Origin: Chloroflexota bacterium
GTDB lineage: Bacteria > Chloroflexota > UBA11872 > VXOZ01
DNA length: 64,000 bases
Reading direction: 5' to 3'
Assembly (NCBI GenBank): GCA_964291655.2
Contig: OZ219801.1
Location: 32,001-96,000 of the forward strand
In this document: positions 30,119-40,392 of the stretch, one piece after another
Position numbering within the stretch: the first letter of the stretch is position 1
Layout of the letters: every line of letters starts with the position of its first letter
Notes under the pieces: generated by a model
What the model was told of the DNA's origin: nothing
Databases searched by the model: none
Seen by the model: only the letters and a program-made list of their open reading frames with translations
Made by a program: the position numbers and the translations under genes

Positions 30119-31042
30119 CTAAACCTGTACCGGATCATCAAGATTACTCTCGGTCCGCAAGAACACGTCTCGTTGCGGAATCGGAATCTCGATGCCCTTT
30201 TCTTGGAACGTCTCACAGACAATGTGGTGAAGCTCGCTCACCGTTTGGAAGCGGTCACTTAGATCGGCGACCCACGCGATGACCCAGAAGTCTAGCGAAG
30301 AATCGCCGAACGCGCGAAAGAACACCCTCGGTTCCGGATCTTCGAGTACGGCCGGATGGTTTTGCACAATATCAAAGAGCGTTGCCTCTACGAGCTTCGT
30401 ATCGGACCGGTAAGATACGTGAACACTGAAGTCTAGCCGAATGCGCCGGTCTTCGAGCGACCAGTTGATTACCAGGGAAGAGAGCAGGTCACCGTTTGGC
30501 ACCACCGCTTGCGTGTGATCAAACTTGCGCAAGGTTGTTGCACGCGCCCCCAAGTGCTCAACCGTGCCGAGCTGTCCGTTGACCTCGATGACGTCCCCAA
30601 TGCCCACCTTTATAGGACGTTCTGCAAGCAAGATAAGACCTGAGACAAAGTTATTGACGATGTTCTGCAATCCGAATCCGATGCCGATGCCCAGCGCGCC
30701 TAGTACCACCAATAGGGCATCCAAGTCGAAACCGAGCGTCCGAAACCCAATGTAAGACCCAATGATCACGATGAAGTAGTGGACCATCGCGCCCGCCGCG
30801 TACTTTGCGGGCGCGTCCGGTTGGTCCTCCCCTGTAGCGCGCTCTTGAAAGAGGCGTCGCACACGCCGTGCGATTATCCACGTCACGCCCAGGATTACCA
30901 CCAGAACGATGATGTTTCTTATGTCAACTGTCGTGGCATTAATTGTGAACAGCGTTACAGTGAGCACGTGCCACAACGTATTCAGTGCTTCCAATTCGGG
31001 CCTCCTGACTTCAGCGAGACAGGATGGCGACAGCCATCCCAT
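30119..31042 (-). CDS. Small-conductance mechanosensitive channel (MscS family)
   Basis: GALGIGIGFGLQNIVNNFVSGLILLAERP, VPNG, FGDSSLDF, IPIPQRD; start uncertain. Confidence 0.92.
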   Translation of the reverse strand: MGWLSPSCLAEVRRPELEALNTLWHVLTVTLFTINATTVDIRNIIVLVVILGVTWIIARRVRRLFQERATGEDQPDAPAKYAAGAMVHYFIVIIGSYIGFRTLGFDLDALLVVLGALGIGIGFGLQNIVNNFVSGLILLAERPIKVGIGDVIEVNGQLGTVEHLGARATTLRKFDHTQAVVPNGDLLSSLVINWSLEDRRIRLDFSVHVSYRSDTKLVEATLFDIVQNHPAVLEDPEPRVFFRAFGDSSLDFWVIAWVADLSDRFQTVSELHHIVCETFQEKGIEIPIPQRDVFLRTESNLDDPVQV

Positions 31043-31121
31043 TCACACGAAAGGCTAAACGAATTCTGCGGCGGCCGGGGCCGCACGCCCGGCAGTGAGA
31101 AGTAGACTTAGTCAGACAGCG

Positions 31122-32546
31122 TTACTGCCATTCAACCGGAAGGGTCCGCTGCTCCAGGATGAACTCAAGATGGGAGTGCAGTCTGCGCAGGGTGTCTGGG
31201 ATTGAGTCATGCTCCCCGTTCATCATCAAGTGGTAGTAGTGCGCGATTACCGGACTGTAGAGCGGGAATGTTGCATTAATTGGCAGCGAACGTTGTGAGT
31301 AAATGCCGTCAAGTAGCGTATTGATATAGTGAGTCTCTAGTTGGCTGGAAGCGATAGCGCTCCCTAGTATCGGCAGTGAACTGCCGCCGTCGAGCAAGAG
31401 CTTCTGAGCCTCCGGACGCATGGCCCAGGTAACGAACTCCCACGCGGTATCTAACTGCTGCGCGCCTGTCGCGACCGCCAGACCCTCATACGTTGCCAGT
31501 GTCTGGCTCGCACCCTCACCAACGGGGAAGAGCGGCCTCGACTGCCAGGTGACGTCTGCCGCTCGCATTCGATGCATATCGCCGGCACTGCCAAGGAACA
31601 TAGCCAGCCGTTGCGTGGCAAATTGATGCGCGTAGGTGTCGGAGCTAGCATTTCCTGTCTGAGGCGTTGGGTGCAAAGAGTGACGCCAGTCCCGCAGCTT
31701 TTGGTAGGTGGTCGCCACTTCCGGTGAAGCGATTGCGGTGACACTGCTATCCCCATCGACCAGGTCACCCGCACCGCTCCACAGCCACGGAAGCGACTTA
31801 AACCAGGAGTTTGGGATGCCAATGACTGCCCGATCCTTGAGGACTTCCGGGCTACCGCGTGCAAGACTTCGTGCCGCGTCATGCACAGTATCAATCGTCC
31901 AGCGGTTGCGGGCAGTTAGTACAGTTGACCCATACTCCCGAAGCATCCCAACATTGACAAAGATATGTCTTGGATTGCTGCGCCAAGGCAGGCTGTAGTA
32001 ATCACCAATGCCGAGACGTTTGGCTTCAGGGTAGTAGCGAAATGCTCTGAGGGCTGCCGGCGGTTTGTCAGTGGCGAAGTCGTCACCGAGTGAATTATTG
32101 ACGAAGGCTTGGACATTGACAAATAGATTGCGCTCCAGCCAATGCGGGAAGTTCATGTCCTGAATTAGCCCTACGTCAGGAGGCAGGCCCGCTGCAGCCG
32201 ATGCCGCGATAGTCTCTTCGACGGGACGTTGGTAAAACTCCTGCCGCAGGCGAATGTGTGGAAGATCTGCCTCGAGTTGGCTCCGTACATTGAACCAGAG
32301 TCGCCGTTCTGTCGGGTCATCCCATGTGAAAAGCCAGAGCTCCACCGGTTCTTTCGATACTGGGCTTGCTACCGGCGACGGGACGTCGCGTGCGACATCT
32401 TCAATCGGCCCTGGACTGACGAGCGCCTGGGATACCTGCGGGGCAGATGGCTTGACAGACGCTTCATCCGGCGGTCCGCACGTTAATAGAAGCGCCGGCA
32501 GGCCCAGAGATGCGGAAAGTAGGTGTCGACGGGTAAAGCGCGCCAT
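31122..32546 (-). CDS. Extracellular solute-binding lipoprotein (sugar ABC type) with Tat-like signal
   Basis: TRRHLL, lipobox-like LLTC, PPDV, YYSLPW, AWEFVTW. Confidence 0.75.
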   Translation of the reverse strand: MARFTRRHLLSASLGLPALLLTCGPPDEASVKPSAPQVSQALVSPGPIEDVARDVPSPVASPVSKEPVELWLFTWDDPTERRLWFNVRSQLEADLPHIRLRQEFYQRPVEETIAASAAAGLPPDVGLIQDMNFPHWLERNLFVNVQAFVNNSLGDDFATDKPPAALRAFRYYPEAKRLGIGDYYSLPWRSNPRHIFVNVGMLREYGSTVLTARNRWTIDTVHDAARSLARGSPEVLKDRAVIGIPNSWFKSLPWLWSGAGDLVDGDSSVTAIASPEVATTYQKLRDWRHSLHPTPQTGNASSDTYAHQFATQRLAMFLGSAGDMHRMRAADVTWQSRPLFPVGEGASQTLATYEGLAVATGAQQLDTAWEFVTWAMRPEAQKLLLDGGSSLPILGSAIASSQLETHYINTLLDGIYSQRSLPINATFPLYSPVIAHYYHLMMNGEHDSIPDTLRRLHSHLEFILEQRTLPVEWQ

Positions 32547-32923
32547 GATCCCAAACTGACTGGATAGACAGACGGCAAGTTACTGCGGAATGAGCGGGGA
32601 AGCGGAGATCTCTCTCCTATAGCTTACCACGACAGGAGAGTTCAGGAACTTGATTGTCGAACTATCAGCCTATGGCCCTCTAGGACACCTGTACCCAAAA
32701 TGAAGTCGTTTTCCCAGTCTTGGCTAGCACGATGACGGATCTGATACACATCGATAAAAGATGATCGAGCCATCGCCTACGTTAACGTAAAAGTAAGCAG
32801 CGACGCGAGCACGGCTAGCCACTAAGTGCGGCAAGCGTCAAGCGCGTAGAGTGGTCAACTCTTCACCTAAAAGGAGACCTTTGAATAACCCCACTTTCAG
32901 CGTGGGACACTCCCTCTCCTGGG

Positions 32924-34567
32924 GAGGGTGTCTCAAAAATAGATCTACTGGATATATACTGGTGTGAAGAGAAGCAAGGTGAGGTGGTGGGATAGTTTGT
33001 AGAGAGGTAGTGACGATGCCGTTGAGACCGTTTAGTCGTGAACAGGCCTGGCTGTTGCCGCCGACGCTGGACGAACTGATCCCGGACGACCATCCTGTCA
33101 GGTTTGCGGCAGCGTTCGTGGACAGCCTCGATGCTGCGGCCTGGGAGGCGATGGAGATTGACCTGCAAGGCGATCCGCGTGGCGCCGGGGCCTACCATCC
33201 GCGCGCGCTGCTGGGCGTATGGGTCTACGGCTTCATGACCGGCGTGCGCTCGAGCCGCAAGCTGGAGGCAGCCTGCCGGGATCAGGTACCGTACCTGTGG
33301 CTGGTGGGGATGCAGCAGCCGGACCACAACACGCTGTGGCGCTTCTACAAGGCGCACCGCGACCGGATGCGGATGCTGCTCAAGCGCACGGTGCGCACGG
33401 CGGTGCGAGCCGGCCTGGTGGAGTTGGCAATCCAGGCGGTGGACGGCACCAGGATCGCGGCCAACGCCGGGACGCGGCATACCCACGACGCGCAGGGGCT
33501 GCAGCGGCTGTTGTCCCGCACCGAGCAAGCGATCGCGGACCTGGAGGCGCAGAACGCCACGGGGGGCGACGCGCCGCCAGCGACTTTGCCGCAGGAACTT
33601 GCCGATGCCCAGGCCCTGCGGCGGCGGGTGGACGACGCGCTCGCCCGCGTCGCGGCTGAGGACGGGCCGCGCTACACGAACCTGACTGATGCGGACGCGG
33701 CCCTGCTCAAGACTGGCATGGGTGGCTTCATCACCGGCTACAACGCCCAGGCGCTGGTCTCCCCTCTTGCGTCCCCGGACGAGGGCGCAGGGGGGAGGTT
33801 GATCACAGCCGTGGACGTGAGCGCCAGTGCCGACGACCATCCCCACCTGGCGCCGCTGATCGAGGCGGCGCAGGAGAACATCGACGCCGCGCGGGACGTG
33901 GTGACCGTTGCGGACGCCGGCTACCATTCGGGGGCCAACCTCGCCACGTGCCACGCCGGCGGCCACACGGTATTGATGCCCACGACCCACGAGCGCAGAC
34001 GCCGCAACCCCTACCATAAAGACCACTTCACCTACCGTCCAGAGACCGACACCTACCTGTGTCCCCAGCAAAAGGTGCTCACCTACACGCACCGCTTGAC
34101 CCACAGCAACGGCTACCGGGTCAAGCGGTACCAAGCCAACGGCCGGGACTGCAGAACCTGTCCGGCCTTCGGCGTCTGCACCTCCTCCCAGAGGGGCCGC
34201 TCCATAAAGATCAGCGCCTACGAGCCAATACTGCAACGGCACAGGCAGTTGATGGCCACCGCGCCTGCCAAGCAGGTGTACCGCCGCCGGAGTACCATCG
34301 TCGAGCCGGTCTTTGGCCTGCTCAAGGAGTGGCACAGTGCCAGGCGCTTCCTGCTCAGAGGCCGCAGCCACGTGACGTCCGAATGGCACCTGCTGGCCAC
34401 CGCGTTCAATCTCAAGAGCCTCCACGCCCTGTGGCGGTCTGGGTGTAGTCCAGCGTCGCCCCGGGGACGAGTCTCTCACTGGCACCGTCTTGTTCATACC
34501 ACCCGCCATCTGTCTGTCCTTCTCACCCCATTCACCGTGCCCCGCACCAAAATATTGAGACAGCCTC
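32924..34567 (+). mobile_element. IS1182-family insertion sequence
   Basis: IRL GAGGGTGTCTCAAAAAT and IRR ATATTGAGACAGCCTC; flanked by TGGG/CGGG; encodes a DDE transposase. Confidence 0.85.
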
Positions 34568-34665
34568 CGGGGGAGAGGGTTGGGGTGAGGGGGTCCTTTG
34601 CTACAATGGCCCTTTACGTTGGGCAGTGTCAAGACGTATCAGGGCAGATTCAGTGTGTACATTGA
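33016..34665 (+). CDS. IS1182-family transposase
   Basis: LDELIPDDHPVR, AYHPRALL, SSRKLE, PDHNTLWRF, AVDGTRI, GYNAQ, ADAGY, YRRR..IVEPVFG. Confidence 0.92.
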   Translation: MPLRPFSREQAWLLPPTLDELIPDDHPVRFAAAFVDSLDAAAWEAMEIDLQGDPRGAGAYHPRALLGVWVYGFMTGVRSSRKLEAACRDQVPYLWLVGMQQPDHNTLWRFYKAHRDRMRMLLKRTVRTAVRAGLVELAIQAVDGTRIAANAGTRHTHDAQGLQRLLSRTEQAIADLEAQNATGGDAPPATLPQELADAQALRRRVDDALARVAAEDGPRYTNLTDADAALLKTGMGGFITGYNAQALVSPLASPDEGAGGRLITAVDVSASADDHPHLAPLIEAAQENIDAARDVVTVADAGYHSGANLATCHAGGHTVLMPTTHERRRRNPYHKDHFTYRPETDTYLCPQQKVLTYTHRLTHSNGYRVKRYQANGRDCRTCPAFGVCTSSQRGRSIKISAYEPILQRHRQLMATAPAKQVYRRRSTIVEPVFGLLKEWHSARRFLLRGRSHVTSEWHLLATAFNLKSLHALWRSGCSPASPRGRVSHWHRLVHTTRHLSVLLTPFTVPRTKILRQPPGERVGVRGSFATMALYVGQCQDVSGQIQCVH

Positions 34666-34681
34666 GAGATTTCAGGAAATT

Positions 34682-34760
34682 CACCCTCACCCCCGTATCG
34701 TGTCGGTACGCTGTATCGAGGACGGGGCAGGCTCTCGCCCTCTCCCGTCGAGGGAGAGGG
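34682..34760. repeat. CCCTCACCCC...CCCTCTCCC-n-GGGAGAGGG palindromic repeat with an inserted segment
   Basis: Inverted relative to the IS-interrupted copy (32912-32919 plus 34572-34592); contains CCCCGTATCG...GACGGGGCAGGCTCT. Confidence 0.7.
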
Positions 34761-34909
34761 AACGTTCTCGCTTCCGATTAGGTTTGGCAAAGGTCTCCTA
34801 CAAGAGAGGCAAACTGGTACGCCGTCTATTCCTAAAGCAAAGTTGAACGGGTTTTCAGTGTCAGCCAAGAAGTGGTTGATTGAGATTCAACTCACTTTGG
34901 ATGAGACTG

Positions 34910-37030
34910 CTACTGCCGTTGTGCCCACGATACAAGTTCAGCCTGCGCCTCAGTGCGACTAATCCGTGTCTGAATGTCCAGCCGCTTCCGCGCGTCCAGT
35001 CGCTTGAACATGAGAGCAGACGCGGCAAAGGTGGACTCACCTTCTTGCTGGGTAACGGCCTCACCCATTGCGTCAACCGGATTGAGGATACTGGCGGCAC
35101 GGGGAGCCAGCGTACCAATCAAGCTCGGCAAGTCGTAGTGGAGGAGCACACCGGGCAGGAAGCTACTCGCCGGAACCGTATACTGGCCTCCCTGCGTAAT
35201 GTGGCGATAGGAGGCGAGCGTCTCATATGTCGCGACCGCTTGAATACGCTCATCAAGTGCGGCGGCATGCAGCGCCACGAGCCCTCCGCCGCGTTGGCCG
35301 AGCATTGCGATACTCTCACTAACGACATCTTCTCTTGCAGCGATCTGATCGACGCAACGAATGGCATCGGCAACGCGTTGTGTCAGGGGCCATTCACCCA
35401 GGAAATACCCCATAAAGGCAAGTCGAGAGTCCGTGCCGAGCAAAGCAACGTCGCTGGCTGTATAGGACACCTGCGCATTCCACCGCGTCTCTCCCCACCC
35501 ACGTAGATCCATGGCAAAGACCATGCTGCCGGCCCGCGCCAGCGTGGCGGGAATGCCGTCTTCATGTGCTTCGGCATCCTTGCCAAGGTCATGTGCATAG
35601 ACAATCACAGGATGCGGGCCATCTCCTGGGGGATGAAAGACCAGGCCGGGAATGGGAAGGTCGACCTCACTCTCGAAGTACACCTCTTCGACATGTAGCC
35701 CGCCGACATTGCGGGAGCCTACCGTCTGCATGGCCCCTGCGGCAGATTGCTTCCGATAGTCGAGGACCGCACGTGCCGCTGTGCGAATTTCGTCCTGGAA
35801 TCGTTCGGCATGCTTCTGCTTATTCAACTCAGGAATCGCCGGCGCGAGATCTTGCACGCGCTGCTCGTTCAGTGTAACGACCGTTTCGCTCCGGTCGGTT
35901 AGAAGCACCTGACCCGACGGAGTGCACCAGAGAGTTTCAGGTGTTTCAACCGTGAATGGGTCTTCCGTGACCGGCCCCGGCTCGTCCTTGAGCCAGCGAT
36001 TGAACCACGCGTACATGGCCTCGCGCATTGGCTGGTTATAGTCGTGATGGGCCGGCGCCTCCACCATGTTTGCCCGCTCGGAAACTCCTAGCGCGGTATA
36101 GCAGTCGAGCACATCGGCGTAAACGTCGCGCGCACCGATGAGGGGGAAGAAATCGTAGATGGTCGACGTGATCTGCATTGGCAGCGGCGCGCGGCACATC
36201 AGCAAGTCCGCCATGTCCATGTCATTTGGATAGCTGCCGACCGGGTCTTGGCACGGATCGCCAATCTGCCCTTTTGAGTGCATCCGCTCGTACGAGGCGG
36301 TCGAGCACACGGGTACCGCCGCCTTGATACGGTCGTCAAACGCAGTAAGGAACATGGTGTACGTACCGCCGCCGGACGCGCCGGTACAGCCGATGCGGCT
36401 TGAGTCCACATCCGTGCGCATCTCCAAGTAATCAAGCATCCGCACACCGTCCCAGACCATGTGCGTGATCACCGATTGGCCGACCAGCCAGCAGGGGAGG
36501 CAAGCTCCCGCATGCTGTTCTGTACTGCTCTCCATCGGGTTGGTATTTGTAGCCGTATCCCAGTGCTGGCTGCGCTCGCCCTGTCCGATTGGATCATAGA
36601 CGAGTGCAACGTAGCCGTGCCGGGCGAGTCCGATTCCTCTCGCCTGCACAACATTCTCACCCTTGCCGTCGGCCCAGTGTCCCAGGGGATTGAGCACAGC
36701 CGGCAGTGGCTCGGTGATCTCAGGCGGCCGGTAGAGGTTAACCGTAACCGGAAAGCCGGGCTGGCTCTCGATGAGCAGTTTTTCCACTACGTAGCCGTCA
36801 CGCTCGAGGACTCCTACCAGTTGCGGATTGAGCGGCGTGCGCTCAGGAAACTCGCCTAGCGAGAGCCGAAAGTTCTCGCGCACAGCTTGCATATGGGCTT
36901 GCCAGTCCTCTGCCGTCTTGAAGGAGCGCAGCTTGCGCTTGCGCCGCCAGTAGTGTTCGCGCGCTTGCCGCAAGAGATAGCCGAAATAGGCCTCATCGGC
37001 CCCACTGACGCGTCCACTCAATACCGCCAT
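34910..37030 (-). CDS. Acetylxylan-esterase-like alpha/beta hydrolase with two hydrolase domains
   Basis: N-domain GCTGASGGG nucleophile elbow and HHDY; C-domain repeats the fold with GQRGGG. Confidence 0.8.
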   Translation of the reverse strand: MAVLSGRVSGADEAYFGYLLRQAREHYWRRKRKLRSFKTAEDWQAHMQAVRENFRLSLGEFPERTPLNPQLVGVLERDGYVVEKLLIESQPGFPVTVNLYRPPEITEPLPAVLNPLGHWADGKGENVVQARGIGLARHGYVALVYDPIGQGERSQHWDTATNTNPMESSTEQHAGACLPCWLVGQSVITHMVWDGVRMLDYLEMRTDVDSSRIGCTGASGGGTYTMFLTAFDDRIKAAVPVCSTASYERMHSKGQIGDPCQDPVGSYPNDMDMADLLMCRAPLPMQITSTIYDFFPLIGARDVYADVLDCYTALGVSERANMVEAPAHHDYNQPMREAMYAWFNRWLKDEPGPVTEDPFTVETPETLWCTPSGQVLLTDRSETVVTLNEQRVQDLAPAIPELNKQKHAERFQDEIRTAARAVLDYRKQSAAGAMQTVGSRNVGGLHVEEVYFESEVDLPIPGLVFHPPGDGPHPVIVYAHDLGKDAEAHEDGIPATLARAGSMVFAMDLRGWGETRWNAQVSYTASDVALLGTDSRLAFMGYFLGEWPLTQRVADAIRCVDQIAAREDVVSESIAMLGQRGGGLVALHAAALDERIQAVATYETLASYRHITQGGQYTVPASSFLPGVLLHYDLPSLIGTLAPRAASILNPVDAMGEAVTQQEGESTFAASALMFKRLDARKRLDIQTRISRTEAQAELVSWAQRQ

Positions 37031-37203
37031 CAGGTTACTCCTTACGAAGTCTTGCGACCGTGACTTTTACTAATAGGCTCAGCGTTCCTCCAGCCAACCG
37101 GGTACGCACAATGATAGAGACACGCGATCTCCACACCATGTCGTGCACTGAGAATACAACGGCTTGGTCACACAGAGCAATGTGTGATAGTATTCGTCCC
37201 GTC

Positions 37204-38466
37204 ATGACGAGACCACTCCCCGCCGACATTCGCGCCTTTCTTGAGCAAGAGTCCACCGCAATTGCGGACTGGCTCTTTTCCCTCTGTGCCCTTGAGAGCA
37301 AACTCGGCAACGAAGCTGCAACGCGCGCCGAGGTGATGAGGGCCTTTCAAGGCCTTGGTCTGACCATTGAGGAAGTGCCTTATCCGCAGGATATTACCGC
37401 GAATCCCCATCATGTCCCGGTGCCGGAACTCGAACAGTTCCCGGACCACGTGCGCGCTAACATACTCGCCACGCGAGCCGGCAGCGGCGGCGGGCGCAGC
37501 CTCATTCTGCAGACCCATCTTGACGTCGTGCCGGAAAGCGAAGGGCAGCGTTATGAACGCATCCTAGACCCGGAGCGCGGAGAGATAATCTACGCCCGCG
37601 GCAGCAACGACGCCAAAGGACAAGCAGCTGCATTGTTACTTGCCATGCGCGCTCTGGCGCACTTCGATGTCCCGCTTGCCGGCGATCTGGCTCTGCAATT
37701 GGTCACAGAGGAAGAAGTAGGCGGCAACGGCGCGCTGGCTTTCATTCATGCGGGACACCGCGCTGATGGCGTGGTAGTCATGGAACCTTCTCTTGCGCAA
37801 ATCCATCCTGCGAATCGCGGTGCGCTCTGGTTCCAAATTGGGATTGAGGGCGTCAGCATGCACATGGGGCGCATGCACGAAGGGGTCAGTGCCATCGATA
37901 AGGGCATCGCTCTAATCGCCAGCTTCAAAGAGTACGAAAAAGAGTTTGTTGCAATGAGTAAAGGGTATCGTGGATTCGAGCGCTACGATCACCCTGTGCA
38001 ATTGAATGTCGGCATGTTCCAAGGCGGTCATTGGCCCAGTGCAGTCGCTGGTGAAGCCTTGATCGAAGGCGGCGTGGGGTTCTTGCCAAATAAGGCCATG
38101 GATGACGTGCGGGCAGACTTGGAGCGCATAGTTGCCACACATCCTGATGAATGGATCAGGAATCACACATCCATATCGTTCGACAAACTGCGCAATGATT
38201 CATTTGAGATTGACTACGATCATCCTTTACCCACCACGCTTCACGCCTCGGCGCGGCAAGCCGGGATGGAAAGTGAAGTTTTCGGCTGGAACGTCTCCTG
38301 CGATGCGCGGCTCTACGCTCGGGTCGGGGGCCTTCCCGTAGTCGTATTCGGTCCTGGCGACCTGGCAACCGCCCACGGTCCCCACGAGCACTTCGCCGTA
38401 GCGGACATGGTTGATGCCGCCTGCGCTCTCACACACTTCGTGCAAGAGTGGTGCGGCGTGCGCTAG
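37204..38466 (+). CDS. M20 family deacylase (ArgE/DapE-like)
   Basis: THLDVVP, ARGSNDAKG, EEEVGGNG, MEP, FGPG..AHGPHE; start uncertain. Confidence 0.88.
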   Translation: MTRPLPADIRAFLEQESTAIADWLFSLCALESKLGNEAATRAEVMRAFQGLGLTIEEVPYPQDITANPHHVPVPELEQFPDHVRANILATRAGSGGGRSLILQTHLDVVPESEGQRYERILDPERGEIIYARGSNDAKGQAAALLLAMRALAHFDVPLAGDLALQLVTEEEVGGNGALAFIHAGHRADGVVVMEPSLAQIHPANRGALWFQIGIEGVSMHMGRMHEGVSAIDKGIALIASFKEYEKEFVAMSKGYRGFERYDHPVQLNVGMFQGGHWPSAVAGEALIEGGVGFLPNKAMDDVRADLERIVATHPDEWIRNHTSISFDKLRNDSFEIDYDHPLPTTLHASARQAGMESEVFGWNVSCDARLYARVGGLPVVVFGPGDLATAHGPHEHFAVADMVDAACALTHFVQEWCGVR

Positions 38467-38513
38467 GGAGTGCTCTTCCCAGCCGGTAATGCTGAGTTTC
38501 TTCCAGTGAGAGA

Positions 38514-39161
38514 GTGATGTCCGCCATGCAGCAAAGTAGCGATGACAGCCGCAGAATCTGGGAGGCCCTGGCCTTCATTCTCCATCGTGTGTACGAACCG
38601 CTGGAAGACGAAGCTGCGGATTGGGCCATTATTGGCAGCGCAGCCTCGGCACTGCAGGATATCGCGGTCAGTCCGGGCGAATTGCGCATACTCACCGAGC
38701 CCAATGCACTCGAAATTTGGTCGGGTCACTTATGGGATTGGCTGGACGGTGAACCGGGTAACGAAGACCCAGGCCATGCCAAGCTCACCCTCACAGTTGA
38801 GCACGCGCCAGTGACCGTCTTCGTGCGTGAGCCTCACGAAAACGAACAAGGTATACTGCTAGAGGGCGTGGGGGGAGCAATATGGGGCGTGGTGGGCCGA
38901 GTACGCTTTCAAAATTGGCTCGTGCCGGTCGCGCCGCTAGAAGTGCAGTTTGCCACAGCGGTTGGTCGGATGTTACGTAACCCTTCTCAGCACTCGTGGC
39001 AGCAACTGGCCGGCAAGATGGCGCAGGTACTCTATGCCAACGGGTACTACCGCGAACTCATTGAAGAAGCGCTCAACCCCTATGGCCCGCAGGCGGGCAA
39101 CGTAGCAATAGACCTGATCCAGGCGCATGCGGCGCCGCGTTCCAGCAAGACAATTCACTGA
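38514..39161 (+). CDS. Hypothetical protein, degenerate nucleotidyltransferase-like fold
   Basis: WAIIGSAASALQ..SPGELRI resembles the pol-beta GS...DxD motif but lacks the aspartates. Confidence 0.5.
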   Translation: MMSAMQQSSDDSRRIWEALAFILHRVYEPLEDEAADWAIIGSAASALQDIAVSPGELRILTEPNALEIWSGHLWDWLDGEPGNEDPGHAKLTLTVEHAPVTVFVREPHENEQGILLEGVGGAIWGVVGRVRFQNWLVPVAPLEVQFATAVGRMLRNPSQHSWQQLAGKMAQVLYANGYYRELIEEALNPYGPQAGNVAIDLIQAHAAPRSSKTIH

Positions 39162-39298
39162 GGACGAGGCTGCAGGAGTATTGGATACAACGCTTGCTGT
39201 GAAGTCTTGGTGAGCAGTAAAACCCTGCAGCGCACGAGCGCATTGAAATCTATTGACAGTAATCGGGCCGTTGTTGAGGAGTAGAAGGAAGCAATCTC

Positions 39299-40381
39299 AT
39301 GGCAGATGCTATTCGCATTGGCGTAATTGGCACCGGAGTCTTCGGAATCAGTCACCTGCGGGTCTTCAAGCAGGCGCAAAACGAGGGCCGCACCGTGCTG
39401 GTGGCGGCCTGCTCGTCCGGGCGGGATCCGGCGCGGGACCAGGAGCGCAAAGATGAATTCGGCATCCCAATCTACACCGACTGGCGAGAGATGCTCGACA
39501 AGGAATCGCTCGACGCCGTTACCATCGTCACGCCGGACCACCTCCACCGCGAAATGACCATCGAGGCAGCCAATCGAGGGCTGCACGTCCTAGTTGAGAA
39601 ACCGCTGGACGTGACCAGCGCCGGCTGCCAGGCAATCGTGGATGCTTGCAAAGACAACAATGTCTTCCTCCAGGTTGACTTTCATAAACGCTACGATCCT
39701 TATCATCTAGCCCTTGAGCGGCAGTGCAACGACGGTACACTGGGCGAGGTGCTCTACGGCTACGTGCATATGGAAGACAAGATCGTCGTGCCCCGCGATT
39801 GGTTTCCCCATTGGGCCGGCTCGACAAGTCCCGCGTGGTTTCTCGGCGTGCACTTCTACGACCTTGTGCGCTGGTGCATCAAGAAGGAAGCAACAAGAGT
39901 CTATGCAACCGGCCAGAAGAGGAAACTCGCGGCAGCCAACATCGATACCTACGATGCTATTCAAGCAAAGGTTGAATTCGAGGGCGGCACAAGTGTTTTC
40001 TTCGATAACGGGTGGGTGCTCCCTGACACATTTGAAGCCATTGTAAATCAGTCCATCCGCCTGGTTGGCACGGAAGGCTTTGCCGAAGTAGACAGCCAGA
40101 ACCGCGGCATGGAAGCCGCAAGCTACAAGGACGGCATGCGCACGTATAACGAGGCGTTCATGCGCGAAGAGGAAGATAAGCACGGGCAGGTTGTCTACCG
40201 TGGCTATGGGTATGAGAGCATTCTGGACTTCGTCGACAATCTCGATTTCTTGCGAGAAGGTGGCACGATCGACCAGTTGGAAGGACGCTATCCGAGTGGC
40301 GAGGATGCGCTCGAAGTCACGCGGATCGCCGAGGCAGTCCACCAGAGCATCGATAGCGGATCGATCGTCACGCTGAGGTGA
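39299..40381 (+). CDS. Gfo/Idh/MocA family oxidoreductase
   Basis: IGVIGTG, TPDHLH, VLVEKPL, FHKRYDP. Confidence 0.9.
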   Translation: MADAIRIGVIGTGVFGISHLRVFKQAQNEGRTVLVAACSSGRDPARDQERKDEFGIPIYTDWREMLDKESLDAVTIVTPDHLHREMTIEAANRGLHVLVEKPLDVTSAGCQAIVDACKDNNVFLQVDFHKRYDPYHLALERQCNDGTLGEVLYGYVHMEDKIVVPRDWFPHWAGSTSPAWFLGVHFYDLVRWCIKKEATRVYATGQKRKLAAANIDTYDAIQAKVEFEGGTSVFFDNGWVLPDTFEAIVNQSIRLVGTEGFAEVDSQNRGMEAASYKDGMRTYNEAFMREEEDKHGQVVYRGYGYESILDFVDNLDFLREGGTIDQLEGRYPSGEDALEVTRIAEAVHQSIDSGSIVTLR

Positions 40382-40392
40382 AATAGCGGACT

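Larger units (their letters stand above)
32872..34799. mobile_element. Candidate MITE-like element enclosing palindromes and an IS1182
   Basis: Imperfect terminal inverted repeats AGGAGACCTTTGAATAACC (32872-32890) and GGTTTGGCAAAGGTCTCCT (34781-34799); first 12 nt perfect. Confidence 0.55.

Noticed and set aside
32863-34632. 589-aa minus-strand ORF
   Set aside because: Antisense shadow of the GC-rich transposase; no recognisable motifs.
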